This document shows positions 12,166 through 24,333 of a stretch of 64,000 nucleotides of DNA, piece by piece (the first letter of the stretch is position 1; each line of letters starts with the position of its first letter). The stretch is from contig JASCQW010000109.1 of NCBI GenBank assembly GCA_030264375.1, forward strand, positions 28,540,805 through 28,604,804, written 5' to 3'. This DNA is from Carcharhinus longimanus. Its lineage: Eukaryota. The notes under the pieces were generated by a model. It saw only the letters and a list, made by a program, of their open reading frames with translations, searched no databases and was not told where the DNA came from. A program made the translations under genes and the position numbers.

Positions 12166-12489
12166 AACAATATTCCTTAAAGTAAAATAAAGCAAATATT
12201 CTGATCCAATATCAGCACAGAAATAAATAATTACTGAAAGCTGACCAAACTACATAATAAAATATTTAATAGGTCTTCCCTTTAGAATTTTAGAACAGTG
12301 GAGAACTTAAAGCACAAGAAGTGGACATTTGACCAATCATTCATTTCCAAAGCTAGCTCCTAAATTTGTTCTAAATTCTTGTGAGTTTCCTCATCAATAC
12401 AAAGTCCAGGAAAACACTCCTTTTGAAATTTCCATTGAAACATTTTCATATGGTTTTCCAGAGACTGTTTTATAGTTGAGGCAGAGACA

Positions 12490-12575
12490 AGATCAAGCAT
12501 GATTGTATTGAATGCAGAGCTGGCTCAAGGAGCTGAATTGCCTACTCCTAACTGTTATGATCTTATGTTCTTATA
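12490..12575 (+). mobile_element. CR1/HER1 3' tail
   Basis: agatcaagcatgattgtattgaatg...cctactcct...cttatgttcttat. Confidence 0.65.
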
Positions 12576-15500
12576 CATGGCTAACATTATTCAAAATTAT
12601 ACTTTGGCTAGCTTTGCATACCTTTCTAGCACTATCTCAATTGATTTCTGATGCTAAGGATCATAGTTACTGGATACATTTTCATATTCCTACTGATTAC
12701 TAACTGGAAACTGCATGGTAATTACATAACCTCAACCTTTTAGACAGAAGAGTCACGAAATAAACCAGATCAAATACACACATACAGGAATTACATTAGT
12801 TATGGATAAATGTACTTAGGGAAAAAAATATATACTTCATGCACAGTGTGACGACATTTGATGAGAAACTGCAAGAGATCTAGGAGCAATAGTAGAGTGG
12901 GTCATCCAGTTACCACAAAACAGCAAGCAATGTTGCTAATGCTGAATTAAGTAGCTATTAGAATACACTCCAAGTCAGAGGATATGATTGTAAAACTGTA
13001 CCACACTGGTCAGGTTGCATATTCATTATTCTGACCAGTTTTGATCAATGAGGCACAAGGTAGATATTTGTGTTTTGGAGGGGTGAAAATAAAATCTCCA
13101 AAACTCACTATGAGAGGTGAATGAGGAAAGACATTGAGGCATGTTGTTCTGAGGTTTAAAAGACTATTTTGAGGGATCTGTTTGCACACTTCGACTAGAT
13201 GGCTAGCATGTGGATCACAAAAACACCAACAGCACATAGTTCAAACCCTGTTCAGTGCTGAGATAGATTCAGGGCCTGCTTCCTCACTCTACCTGTGTTA
13301 AAAGGAGTAATGGAATCAAAATAAACTTGCATTCATTAAGAAAGGGTGGGATCTTACAGATGTTTAAATCTCCAAGGAATGAGATTCCTCACTTTACGCT
13401 GTGAATTTTCAGTGTCAGAGGGGGTGACTGGCAGTAATTAACACTTAACATAATATTAAAGGATACTTATATGGAAATTGACAAGAGTTAGCTTTCCTGT
13501 GTAACTTATGTACAGTGTAAATTCAGCAACCTCATGCAATTCAATGCATTTTAATAATGAGGTAGATGGCTAGATATCACTTTCAGGAAGCCAATGGCAG
13601 AGAGGCCCAATTCAGACTGAAACTTTTGAAATTTTTAGTTTAACTGTATGTTTACATTAATAATGACAAATGCCACTGGCCTTACTGCTATTTTGGCAGC
13701 AAACTATGACCATCAAGTTTGAGAGGAGCAATGAATTCTTGGGGATTTTTCAGTAGTTGTATTTCATTTGTAACTTTTAAAATGTAATCAGAAATCAGTA
13801 TGACACAGCATTAGTCTATCGCCTAGAGCTTTACTGTCATATACCATACCATCACCAATTAATTCAGTATACCATTTCTCAGAGGATCTGAGCATTCTCA
13901 AAGAATGTAGCATAGATTTAACTCTAAATTATTCATTGCAGATACAATTAATTTATCTGCAGCGCAAATTGGATGACATCTCTTGCATTCAGAATTGTGG
14001 TGTTTTCCAATTTGAAAATGAAGCCAACACTTTTTACTGTACAATAGCAGTAATGAGCATTCTGTTTCATCATTAAGTGTAAGACGGTGTCAACATTGGG
14101 AAATCATAGTTTGCACTCTGACCTAAAACCTGTGTTTGTGACATATATTGGCACTGTTAAATTATAGTTATATGAGCAAAATTGCATTGCACAACTCCAG
14201 AGAGAATGCCAAATATTTTGCTAAGTGTTTTTATTCTGCTGCAGATCTGAAATGGTGCAAATACACTGCGGAATTACAAGGCAGTTTCAACTTTCTCCTT
14301 TTCGTTGGGAATTCCATGTAATTTAGTGGTTTAACTTTTAATTTTAGGAATATAACTTTCAGCTTAGGTATTAAATGCAAGTTAAATGGAAATACTTAGC
14401 TGAGAAAATGGTAAACAGATCCAGAGTGGTTACAATTCAGAATGTTTATTTAATTAGGTCAGTATTAGTAGGGAGAAAGCTTAAACAATGGATGACCCAT
14501 TTCTAGGCTTGTGACATAGCCAGGAGGACTACACTTCTCTCAGTAAAATACTTTGATTATTTATGCTGCTCCCAGATGGGAAAGAAGCTAAAAGCAGTTT
14601 GTAAACAAAGGGGTTTCTTGGTAGTACCAGTAAGTCTGAGGAGAATTGTCCTGACTTCATTAGAAATTTAAATTATTCATGCAAGGCTCAGGATCAATGG
14701 ATTTATTTTGAAACTAAGAGTTAATGTAAATTTCTGTTTGGAACATCATAGGTAAGCCATGTTGCCATGGAGGTATGTTGTAAAGGACTATCCTTTTCCG
14801 AAGGGTTTATCTGTGTGTTTTGCTTACAGTGTTAAGAAGTTCACCTTTGGTCTTGTGTAGTTTGCAGTTCACTGAGCAAAGAGATTGGATTACACATCTG
14901 TACAAAAATGATTTTTATTGGATTAGAATTCTATGGTACATCTTTCCAATTCATGATACATTAAGGAACTCAAATTACTAGCCTTGGTCATACAGTTTCT
15001 TTCCCTTGCATTTCATCATCTTACAACTGATCAAAACTCTCATTCATGAACCATTCAAAAGCACAAGATTCAAGGGTTTCCTGATTCAATTGATTAGAAC
15101 CTGAAAACGAAGAAATGGCGTTTCAATTTACCTTCACCTCCTCCAACTGAATGATTAAAACAGATATAACTTGCCATTTGCAGTGCTGATTAAACAATCT
15201 GCATAAACAGAAGTCAGGCAACTCGTGTTATATGGTATGTACACTTTATATCTAAAATTCTGATAGGTAAAAGGCCTTTTCACCCATTAGCAATATCCTA
15301 AATTTCTAAATTTCCCTATTTAGCCGAGCAAAAAATAAAAGATAAAATATATCTCCCTCATCCTTCATTTCTCAGCTATCAGTCATAATCTCCTGAATCA
15401 ACACCTTATTCTCCATGTTGTCCCTCTCGATCTGTTGTTTCCTAACGGCTATTTCTTAATTTGGTCTCCTTCTCCCTTCTCTGGTTATGCAATAAGAAAG

Positions 15501-16247
15501 TATGAATGCAACAAATGAATTGTACACTTCATAACGTCAACCTTTCTATTTATAGCTATGTTAATGACCGGCTTTATATATCCTATAATTTTCTTACATC
15601 AACTAAGAGGTCAGAGTGGACTCAACTGGTTATATCAATTAAAGTGTAGTTGCTACAACAGAGGAGGAAAACTAACACAGATTACGATTAACTATGGTAG
15701 CTGAGTAAGTGGATCTAGCCTGGGTGCTACAGTCATTACTGTAGCCAGTAAAAATACTTAATTGTGGCAGCCATTATCCCTTTGTTGCTTTAAATGTGGA
15801 GCTGCACGATCACTTCCGTCACATCACATGTAACACATCACTCTCCCGGTGTCACACAGGATGTATTTTAAAGATGATCAACGTTTGATTCACATGCTAT
15901 AGTATTAGTAAATCATTTTAATTTTTGTAGCTCACAAGCTATTTTTCAGATTGGGCAGTGGGTAAATTCAATAAGAAGGATCAATTTCTATTTCAGAATA
16001 AAGTCTGGTATTACACTCAAGATTTTTTCTGATAGATATCTGGAGCGCAGTGTTCATCAGAGGCAGGGTGATGAAAGACAAAAGATCCATGTTATTCTCA
16101 AAATTTTCCAAGTTAACTTTGACAAAGATAGAGAGGATGTGCTACAAAGAAATGGAGAAGAAGGAATTGTTCGAAACACAGCATTCTAATTTTTACTCCA
16201 AGTAGTGAACAAAGTGAAATAAGAACCTCTTGATTCATTACTTTCAT

Positions 16248-16383
16248 GGGTGGGATTTTCCGGTTATGGTCACCCCAAAACTGCAAAACCCCACCCGAGG
16301 TCAATGGATCTTTGCATGGTCTTCCTCCCCCTCCCACACCGCCTGCCAAGATTCCCATGGCAGACAGGATGGGAAACTCACCC
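16248..16383. mobile_element. Short MITE-like element
   Basis: TIRs gggtgggattttcc ... gggaaactcaccc. Confidence 0.6.
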
Positions 16384-17187
16384 TCATTGTTTTTCAGATG
16401 TATTTTCTCTTGCACTCCAGAATTTAAGCTATGGGCTCAGTAGCATTGACAGAATACTACGTTGTCAAAGGTGACAGATTTCAGATGAAATATTAAACCA
16501 AAGTTCAGCTTGCCCTATTCGGAACAAAACAGCTCCTGTGGTACTATTCAAAAAAAAAGAACAGGAGACTCCTACTACTGTCCTGGCTAATTGGAAGTCT
16601 TTGATAGAAACAAATATAAATCTGACAAGATTAAAACTGTTTATCTTCATGAGGCTTTGGCAGTCTGGGAAATTCAATAAAAACTAAAATGGCAAAGAGC
16701 AGATAAGCACCACAATGGATGGGGTTAAGAATGAACTGTCCACTGTGCAACTGAAAGCAATTTTAAGATCTATAATGGACCAAATCTTCCAGTTACTGGT
16801 TGTCAGAGGCTGGACATACAATTAAAGATGTGCTTCAGGATCTTGTGTTAAGTCCTGACATATCAACCTACTTGGGAATTGCCTGGGAAGTTTACGGGGG
16901 ATAATTCCTCTGCTCCCCTGGACCCTCTGTGAACGTTTGAGTTAGATAGGTACCAAGGAAATGTTAGTTAAAACGTGACTAATTGCACAACTGACCCACA
17001 ATCAACACTCAATATCTCTGACTTTCCTCTGATCTCCTGAGCACCCTATTATCCCATGACCACCTGACTAACACCCTGCCTGACCCGACTGACCCTTTGA
17101 CCTAACTATCTCTTCCAACCATCCAGCTGGCCCCCAGACTATCCCAAATCTGACAATTCCCCTGGCCGTCTACACTCCCAAACACAT

Positions 17188-17481
17188 AGGGCAACTCAGT
17201 GACAGTGGGTTAGCATTGCTTTCTTACAGCACCAGGGATCTGGGTTTGATATCCGGCTTGGATCTCTATGTATGCTCAGTCTGCATGTTCTTCCCGAGTC
17301 TGCATGGGTTTCCTCCAGGTGTTCCAGTTTCCTCTCTCAGTCCAAATGACATACTGGCTAAGTGCATTGGTCATGCTAAGTTCTCCCTCAGTGTACCTGA
17401 ACAGGCAACTAGGGAACTTTCACAGTAACTGCTTTGCAGAGTTAATGTAAGCCTACTTGTGGCACTATTAAATAAATTTAA
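17188..17481 (+). mobile_element. HE1-head SINE variant with alternative 3' tail
   Basis: HE1-like head and core, then ttctccctcagtgtacc...cacagtaact...gttaatgtaagcctacttgtg...aataaa tail shared with the 26549 and 56165 copies. Confidence 0.8.
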
Positions 17482-17654
17482 ACTCAAACATGATTACTCC
17501 CCAACCTACATCCCTGATCTGACTTCCCCTCCCTGCCTGCCTGGCCTACATCCCAGTCCATCTACCCAACTCATTCATCCACTAATTCATCCATTCACTA
17601 ACATTCAAATTGGATCTTTAAAATTACCATATGGCAGCTAGTTCTATATAGGGT

Positions 17655-18010
17655 GAGGTGGGAGGATGACAATGATTATCACTGCTGCCCCAGAGCGCCA
17701 GGGATCTGGGTTCAATTCCAGCCTCTGGTCAGTGTGTGTGGAGTTTGCACCTTCTCCCCATATCTGCATGGGTTTCCTCAGTTGCTCCGGTTTCCTCCCA
17801 CAGTCCAAAGATGTATAGGTTAGATGGATTGGCCATACTAAATTGCTCCTTAGCGTCCCAAGATGTGCAGGTAGGGTGGATTAGTCATGGTGGATGCATG
17901 GGTTTGCAAGGATGGGATGAGGTGGGATAGGCTTGGGTTAGACACTCTTTCGGAGAGTCAGTGGGGATTCAATGGGCCAAATGGCCACTTTCTGCGCACT
18001 GTAGGGAATC
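17655..18010 (+). mobile_element. HE1-like V-SINE
   Basis: B box ggttcaattcc, V-core, tail tgggccaaatggcc...ctgtagggaatc. Confidence 0.8.
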
Positions 18011-18494
18011 TGTTCTGGGGAGGTTTGTACGGTTGGGGGGGGGGGGATGTGTCCAATCTTCCTCCAACTCTGCTCAGTTCTGATGGAGTTTTCTAGGGAT
18101 GCTGCACATTTCTGTGAACGACGTGATCAGGAGACCTCCAGAAGAAATGAGTTGAGGGAATTTTCTGGCAAAGCAGCAATCATCGATCATCATTGCTGCT
18201 TTGACCATCTGAGTTAATTTTTACTTATTGTTGGTGAAGTGACTAAGAAAAGGTCAAACATTTTAATTTGCATATCTCAAAAGCAATATACTTTCTCATA
18301 CTCCGATTAAAGTTGAAGAGTTCAGATGATTGCAACTCTCAGCAAAATAGTGACCACCCCCACTCCTAGATAAACACCCCACATTCCCACACTCCAACAA
18401 CCAACCACCACCCAGCTACCATCCCAAACCCCAACTGCCCCCATCCAATTGTTATCCCATCCTCTGACAGTGATCGACACTCCACGGAAGGTTT

Positions 18495-19095
18495 GGCCAC
18501 TGGTTATTATCACATTGCTGCTTGGGGAAGTTTGCAGTTCCCAAATTGGTTGCTGTATTTCCAGCATTTCAAGAGTAACTAAACTTCAAAAAGCACGTCA
18601 TTAGCTGTAAAGCACTTTGAGACAACTGATGGTCATGAAAAGCACCATCCTGTATAAATGCAGGTCTCTGTACCCATATTTCAGGTGCTTCCTATATTTC
18701 AGTGTTAACTCCACCCAGGAAGTTCAAGGCTTAAGTTCCACTCACAAAACTTGAGCAGTTGTCTAGACTTCAGTGCTGTATTGAAGGAGGGTTGCACCTT
18801 CAAAGTGTTGCCTGTCGTACAGGACAGTAAAGTAGGTCTGGTCTCTCAGATAGTATTAATCTGAAGGAGACAAGGGAGTTTTTTCTGGTACTCTCGTCAA
18901 TAATTATCCCTTAACCAACACTGTCGGAACAGATTATTGAGTCATTTATCTCATTACCATTTGTAAGTCCTTTCTGCATCTGTTTCCTACATTAGGATAG
19001 TGTTGAGGTTTCAGAAAGTATTTCATTGGCTGTGAAGCACTTTGGAATGTTCTGAAGTTATGAAAGTTGCTAAATAAATACAAGTTTTACTTTTA
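18495..19095 (+). mobile_element. Two tandem Deu-domain SINE pieces (3' part at ~18495-18665, near-complete copy at ~18700-19095)
   Basis: Both end in the cattggctgtaaagcacttt...tataaatgcaag-like tail also present at 61680-61742. Confidence 0.65.
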
Positions 19096-19429
19096 CTGTG
19101 CTGACACAGTGAGGGAGTGGGCCAAGAGAAATACTTTTTAAACTATTACTTTCAACTCAGAATGAAATGCAAATATAGTAGGACCTCATAATTACATCTG
19201 TAATTAGAAACCTCTGTAGATGCTGAACGGCTTAACTGTAAAAGCAAAGATATTCCGCTCAATTTAAGATGAGTTATATTATTGAATCCTTATGGGCAGA
19301 ATTTTAAGGATGGTGAGAGATTGGCATCCTAAAGATTGAAGCTGGGCAGAAAAAGCTATTAAGTGGTCACAAATGGTATTCATCACTAACAGGATATAGC
19401 TGTCAAGCTAAACAGTCATCCGTCTAAGA

Positions 19430-20000
19430 CACAAACCACTAATGTGGTATATGAATTTCAGTGTAAGTGTGATCCAAGTATGTATGTCCTAACTGCTGGT
19501 ACTGTGGGCAAAGTACAGATTGTATCCAAAAAGTCTGTGCTTGCAATATGAAAAACACAATGTCCGACATTAGATGTGATTCTGCAATCGGACAGTATTT
19601 GCAGTGTGCTATTAATTACATTGACAAACCTTTTAAGATGGTCAGTCAGGCTCACAGTGTGGCACAGTTTGCAGACAGAAAGAACATGTAAACACGTTGT
19701 GCCTATTTCAGCTGAACAAAATAAGTGATAGCTATTCACTGGTTCATTCCACAGGGAAATGCCTTAACCAATTACAGTCAAGCTGCCTTCAAGCAATTTC
19801 CGCAGTTAATTGCCAGTCACCATCAACTGGCACATTCTCCACAGCAACATCTCTACCAATCACAGTCCACTTGCCAACTAAGCAGCACCTTCTTCTCACA
19901 GTCTAAAGTTGTTGTTTCCCTTAACATTGGTATTCTTCTCATTATCCTGACGAATGCAAGATGAAAAGCATTGAAAAAGTGTCTTTTTTCAGCAATACAT
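19430..20000 (+). mobile_element. Penelope-like element 3' fragment (GIY-YIG region plus pLTR with hammerhead-like core)
   Basis: aatgtggtatatgaatttcagtgtaagtgtgat = NVVYEFQCKCD, the GIY-YIG N-terminal motif. CTGACGA...GAAA at 19947-19966. Confidence 0.65.
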
Positions 20001-20306
20001 AAGTTCTCTACTACTGAATGATTAGCTGTAATATTGAAGTTAAACACTGATCTTGGTCAGCACCAAAATGTTTAGTTTTCCAGGATTAAATTTGTAAGTG
20101 ATACCCTCCTTATATCACAAGTATGGGTTTTTCCATGTTTCACCATCCTGTTTCAAAGTGTGAGTTGTTGGTCTCTAGAATGTGATCTGATTATGTTTTG
20201 TGGTTGCTCTCAAACAGTCTACTCTGACACGGTGATTTACAACTGTGTTCAATGCATTGAAATTATGACAATTGTTGCTGGATGTGCATCAATCATCAAC
20301 CTGACA

Positions 20307-20580
20307 CATAGAATCATAGGATCCTACAGTATTGAGTCTGCACTGACCATAGTCCAGCACCCCATACATTTATCCTAGCTAGTCCCCCTTACACTAAGGG
20401 GCAATTGAGCAAGGCCAATCTACCTAACATGCACATTTTTGGACTGTGGGAGAAAACCAGAGTATCCGGAGGAAGCCCATGCAAACCCAAGGAGAACTTG
20501 CAGACTCTGCAGTGCCAGTGACCCAAGCTGGGAATTGAACCCGAGTCTCTGGTGCTGTGAGGCAGCAGTGCTAACCGCCA
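20307..20580 (-). mobile_element. HE1-like V-SINE
   Basis: Same architecture as 4893-5208, with a catagaatcatag tail. Confidence 0.8.
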
Positions 20581-22039
20581 TGATTCACAACAAGATACAT
20601 CTCATTTTCTGGTATAGAACTACTGGAAAATTACATTTGCTTTTATTATCCTATGTATGTACAGCTGAATAATTAAATTTTCTCAGTCAGAAACTAATAT
20701 TTTTATAGGGTGCAAAGATTGCTCTCACTATTCATGACAACGTGTTTAGTAAATATTTTTGTTTTATTATCTAGGTGTCAGTTAGCATGTCAGCCTTGGT
20801 TCAGGCATTGCATTCTCACCCCAAAGATAACAGACTAAAAATTGGAATGACTTTTAGCAGGCATGGGCAATACAGTTTGCAATTGTCCTGCAACTGTGGC
20901 CTGGGGCTAAATGTGTTGCTGAGTGACTGCATGTTTTACAAGGAGCCTGGGTTCAAGTAAGGCTAGCATCAATTAAAACTAGTCTGCGCTCCTTAAAGCT
21001 GGCTTAGAGGCTTGAAGTGGCTGTGAATGAAATACTGTGGAGGATGAAATCTGGAAAATAGGATAATAGGCCAAAGGGAGTGCTCCCAACTTTTCAGATG
21101 CAGTACTGGAGACCTCACTGAGGAGGTGGAATGGAAGAAAATGTTTATCTTTCTTTGGTGGTCTAGGTTGCCCTCCGGAGAATCATTTAGAAGTGAATAT
21201 GATAAGTAGACACGGAGGTAAGTGCATGAAATCTGGAATACGTTCAGTGATCTTACCTAAATGGTCAGGGTCAGTAAGTTAATCTTCAAGTGCCATCTCC
21301 AACTCACTGCACCACTAACCTCTCATACTGTTCAATATACACCATATTCCCATCGTTCATGCATCAACAACTCCTAGCAATCTGGACTTGTGCTTAACAT
21401 TCATGCATCCCATTTCATCCTCACACCCACAGCTTCCACATGCTTCCAACTATTCAGCTATGGCATCACAACACTAAGACACATTGTAACATACTAACTC
21501 ACACTCCTCTCTCTTTCTTACAGGAAAAGATGGGATATAACAGGAGACAGGAGCAAAGAACCACCAGACACAATTGTAGGGAATAGCTGATTCTCCCAAA
21601 GAATTGGCAGGCACCAGTATTCCAGTACCCTTCACTGCCACTCGATCATTCAGCCAGTCCAGACTATGGCTGCCCATGCTGAAATGATAGTCTGAAACCA
21701 GACCCTTACGCCCATAGTACCTGCAAAGCTATCCGCAGTCTTCCCCATTGAAAGTTAGCAGCCTTTCGCCAATTAAGCTGCAACCACTTGGGTAGGACTG
21801 CATAGGAGCACAGAAGGAAGCAAAAACATCTGCTGGGCAAGCATGAAATGGAACTGCAAGAATGGATGTAATCCATTACTGAATGTATTACTGCAAGTGT
21901 TGTTTGAATATAGTTGGTATGGAATTGTTGGTTTGTTATGTTTCTCATTTCAGAATTTTGGTCAAGAGCATGCTGTGATGGTCCACAACACAGGGATAGA
22001 AACATGGGAAATATGGATAAGAGGTGATTTGGGGACGTT

Positions 22040-22220
22040 TTCAGGGGAAGCAGAGCCTGATGAGTGCCCCTGCAATGAGAGCTATGCTGCAACTAGAAGC
22101 ATTACGAAACAGACCATCAGCATCGTGAAACAATGGTCCCATTGGCTATGTACATCTGCAGGAACCTCACGGTACTTGCTGTAAAATGTCTTGCCATTTA
22201 TGGTGCTCTGCATGGACAGA
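22040..22220 (+). mobile_element. PIF/Harbinger transposase (HARBI1-like) C-terminal remnant
   Basis: End of ORF 21843, NESYAATRSITKQTISIVKQWSHWLCTSAGTSRY, resembles the HARBI consensus YNxxHxxTRxxIEQTIGxLKxRFRCLDxSGGxLQY. Confidence 0.7.
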
Positions 22221-22321
22221 CCTTCCATGGTGCTAATCAATGTCTCCTCCTTTCCTCCTCCTCCAGTGTTGGCTGTCAAGGCCCTGGAGCAAGAGCAGCA
22301 CCTTCATGATTGCTAGGATGC

Positions 22322-23120
22322 AGCAAGTCTGCTGTTGCAGGATGCTGATGATCTACTCCCCAATGCTTCTAGTTGTAGCAAGATTCTCATTATAGGAGTG
22401 CTGCCATCATGTGGGCGGGTATCAGAGCAGATCCTTCGCCACTTATCCAGCAGGTAACCCTTGTTGCCAATTCTAATTCAGTGCGGTGACTCATAGATGG
22501 TGAGAATATCTGGCTGGCACATAATAAATGTGTCATGGCCAAGAAAACCAGGAATTCATCAACATGATTCTCTCTGTATGACTGCATACTAACAGCAAGT
22601 TCATAGAGTGGTAGTACTTGCTTGGGTTCTGGTATTTCTCCCCCATTAACATGTGGGGCACAGTGCCATTGGGAATCTCACAAGCCTGACACAGCCATGT
22701 GCTCATTCCTCTGGCTTTCTATCATGGGACAAGATAATGAGGTTCCCTCTCCATCTGTACAGGAACTCTATCACTTCCTTAATGCAGCAGTGTACAATGA
22801 ACAGTTGGAACTGTTGCATGCTCTAGCCTGGAGGGATCCAGTGGTATAGAAACTGAAGGTGATGACGATCTTCACAGCTGCAGGTGCTCGCTTTCTTCTA
22901 TGAGATTCAGGTCCAGTTAGAGAGGTTGACACAGTTCAATCACCACATCCTTCATGTGTTGTAATCATTTCAGACACTGCTCCTGAACAAGGTGGAAGTT
23001 GGAGACATTTAGTGACCATGACCTATTGAGAGCTTTTTCCACATTCACTCTCTGCTGCAGTGCTCCACCTTCATATCATTCTGCAACTGGTGAGGAACTG
23101 CAACAATAACCCCCATGGCT
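22322..23120 (-). mobile_element. PIF/Harbinger DDE transposase pseudogene
   Basis: Minus-strand frames give AVKIVITFSFYTTGSLQ, VHCCIKEVIEFLY, YHSMNLLLVCSH, GNKGYLL and YNENLATTRSIGE*IISILQQ, matching HARBI1-family motifs in order, with stops and frameshifts. Confidence 0.75.
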
Positions 23121-24060
23121 GGCAGCAAGTTTGCTGCTCAGGAGCTTGTTAAGTCCACACTACTCCTTCCAAAGTTCCAGCAATTTTCCTTCTGCCCAAA
23201 AGAACTGTCAACTCCCAAAAACACAATACAAAGTGCTTCTACTAAAGTCACAGCAGCAAAGAAAGCCTCTCACCTGAAATTTGGAAGCTGATCTCTTCAA
23301 ATGGCATTCAGAGAGAGCCCATGTGCAGCTGAAAGTATGTTCAGCAGCACACGTACAATGTAAGACTTTCACAGAAAGCTATGAGCTCCAAACTGCACAA
23401 TCTGCCCACGTTGCATATTTTCAGCACATGCATGGGATAACCACCCTTCCAACCACTGCCATTGGTGTGATCGTATTGGAAGTTGCCAAGCTCAAAACCC
23501 CCTCTGTTCTTTTTGACTGCCTACTCCCATAGCAGCAAAACCAGTGATGCTAACTCAATACAGGAGTACATAATCTAGGCTAGCACTTCAGCGCAGTGCT
23601 GAGTGAATGTTGCACAGTTAGGGTGCCATCTTTTGCAAGAGACGTTAAACTGAGACTTTGTCTGAACTGTCATAACAGAGACTTTATTTTCATTAGTAAG
23701 ATTCCTGATACACATTCAATAAAGCTAGGGATGCACAGTTGCAGAGATCCAAAGGAAATTCAAGGGCATATAGTGTTAAGTAGACCTTCTTCCATTTCTC
23801 CAGAGCTATCATTATAACTGTGACAAACCAGCAATCCATGGGTACACATTCCCTGGTGCCATCTGGTCCCATTTTGCAGGTAGCACATGGGATAATGATC
23901 CAAAAGATAAACTCAAAAAATGGTACAGTAAAGTCATTAATACATAATATTGTCATATTGTCACAACAGTAGTGGTGACTTCTGTTATTAAGTAGAACAC
24001 TTTGGAACTGGGATTGTTTTATAATTTGGAAAGAATGTCAAGGTTCCTTGACCTTTGGGT

Positions 24061-24233
24061 AAGCATTCTCCAAGGCAACCTTCACGACACATGACAGCGC
24101 AGAGTCGCTGAGCAGAGACTGATAGCCAAGTTCCGCACACATAAAGACGGTCTCAGCAGGGATCTTGGGTTCATGTCGCACTATCTGTAACCCCCATGAC
24201 TTGCCTGGGTTTGCAAAACCTCACTTACTGTAC
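24061..24233 (+). mobile_element. Penelope 3' end / pLTR segment
   Basis: SILQGNLHDT*QRRVAEQRLIAKFRTHKDGLSRDLGFMSHYL* (GIY-YIG C-terminus), then UTR. Ends at a gap. Confidence 0.8.
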
Positions 24234-24333
24234 NNNNNNNNNNNNNNNNNNNNNNNNNNNNNNNNNNNNNNNNNNNNNNNNNNNNNNNNNNNNNNNNNNN
24301 NNNNNNNNNNNNNNNNNNNNNNNNNNNNNNNNN

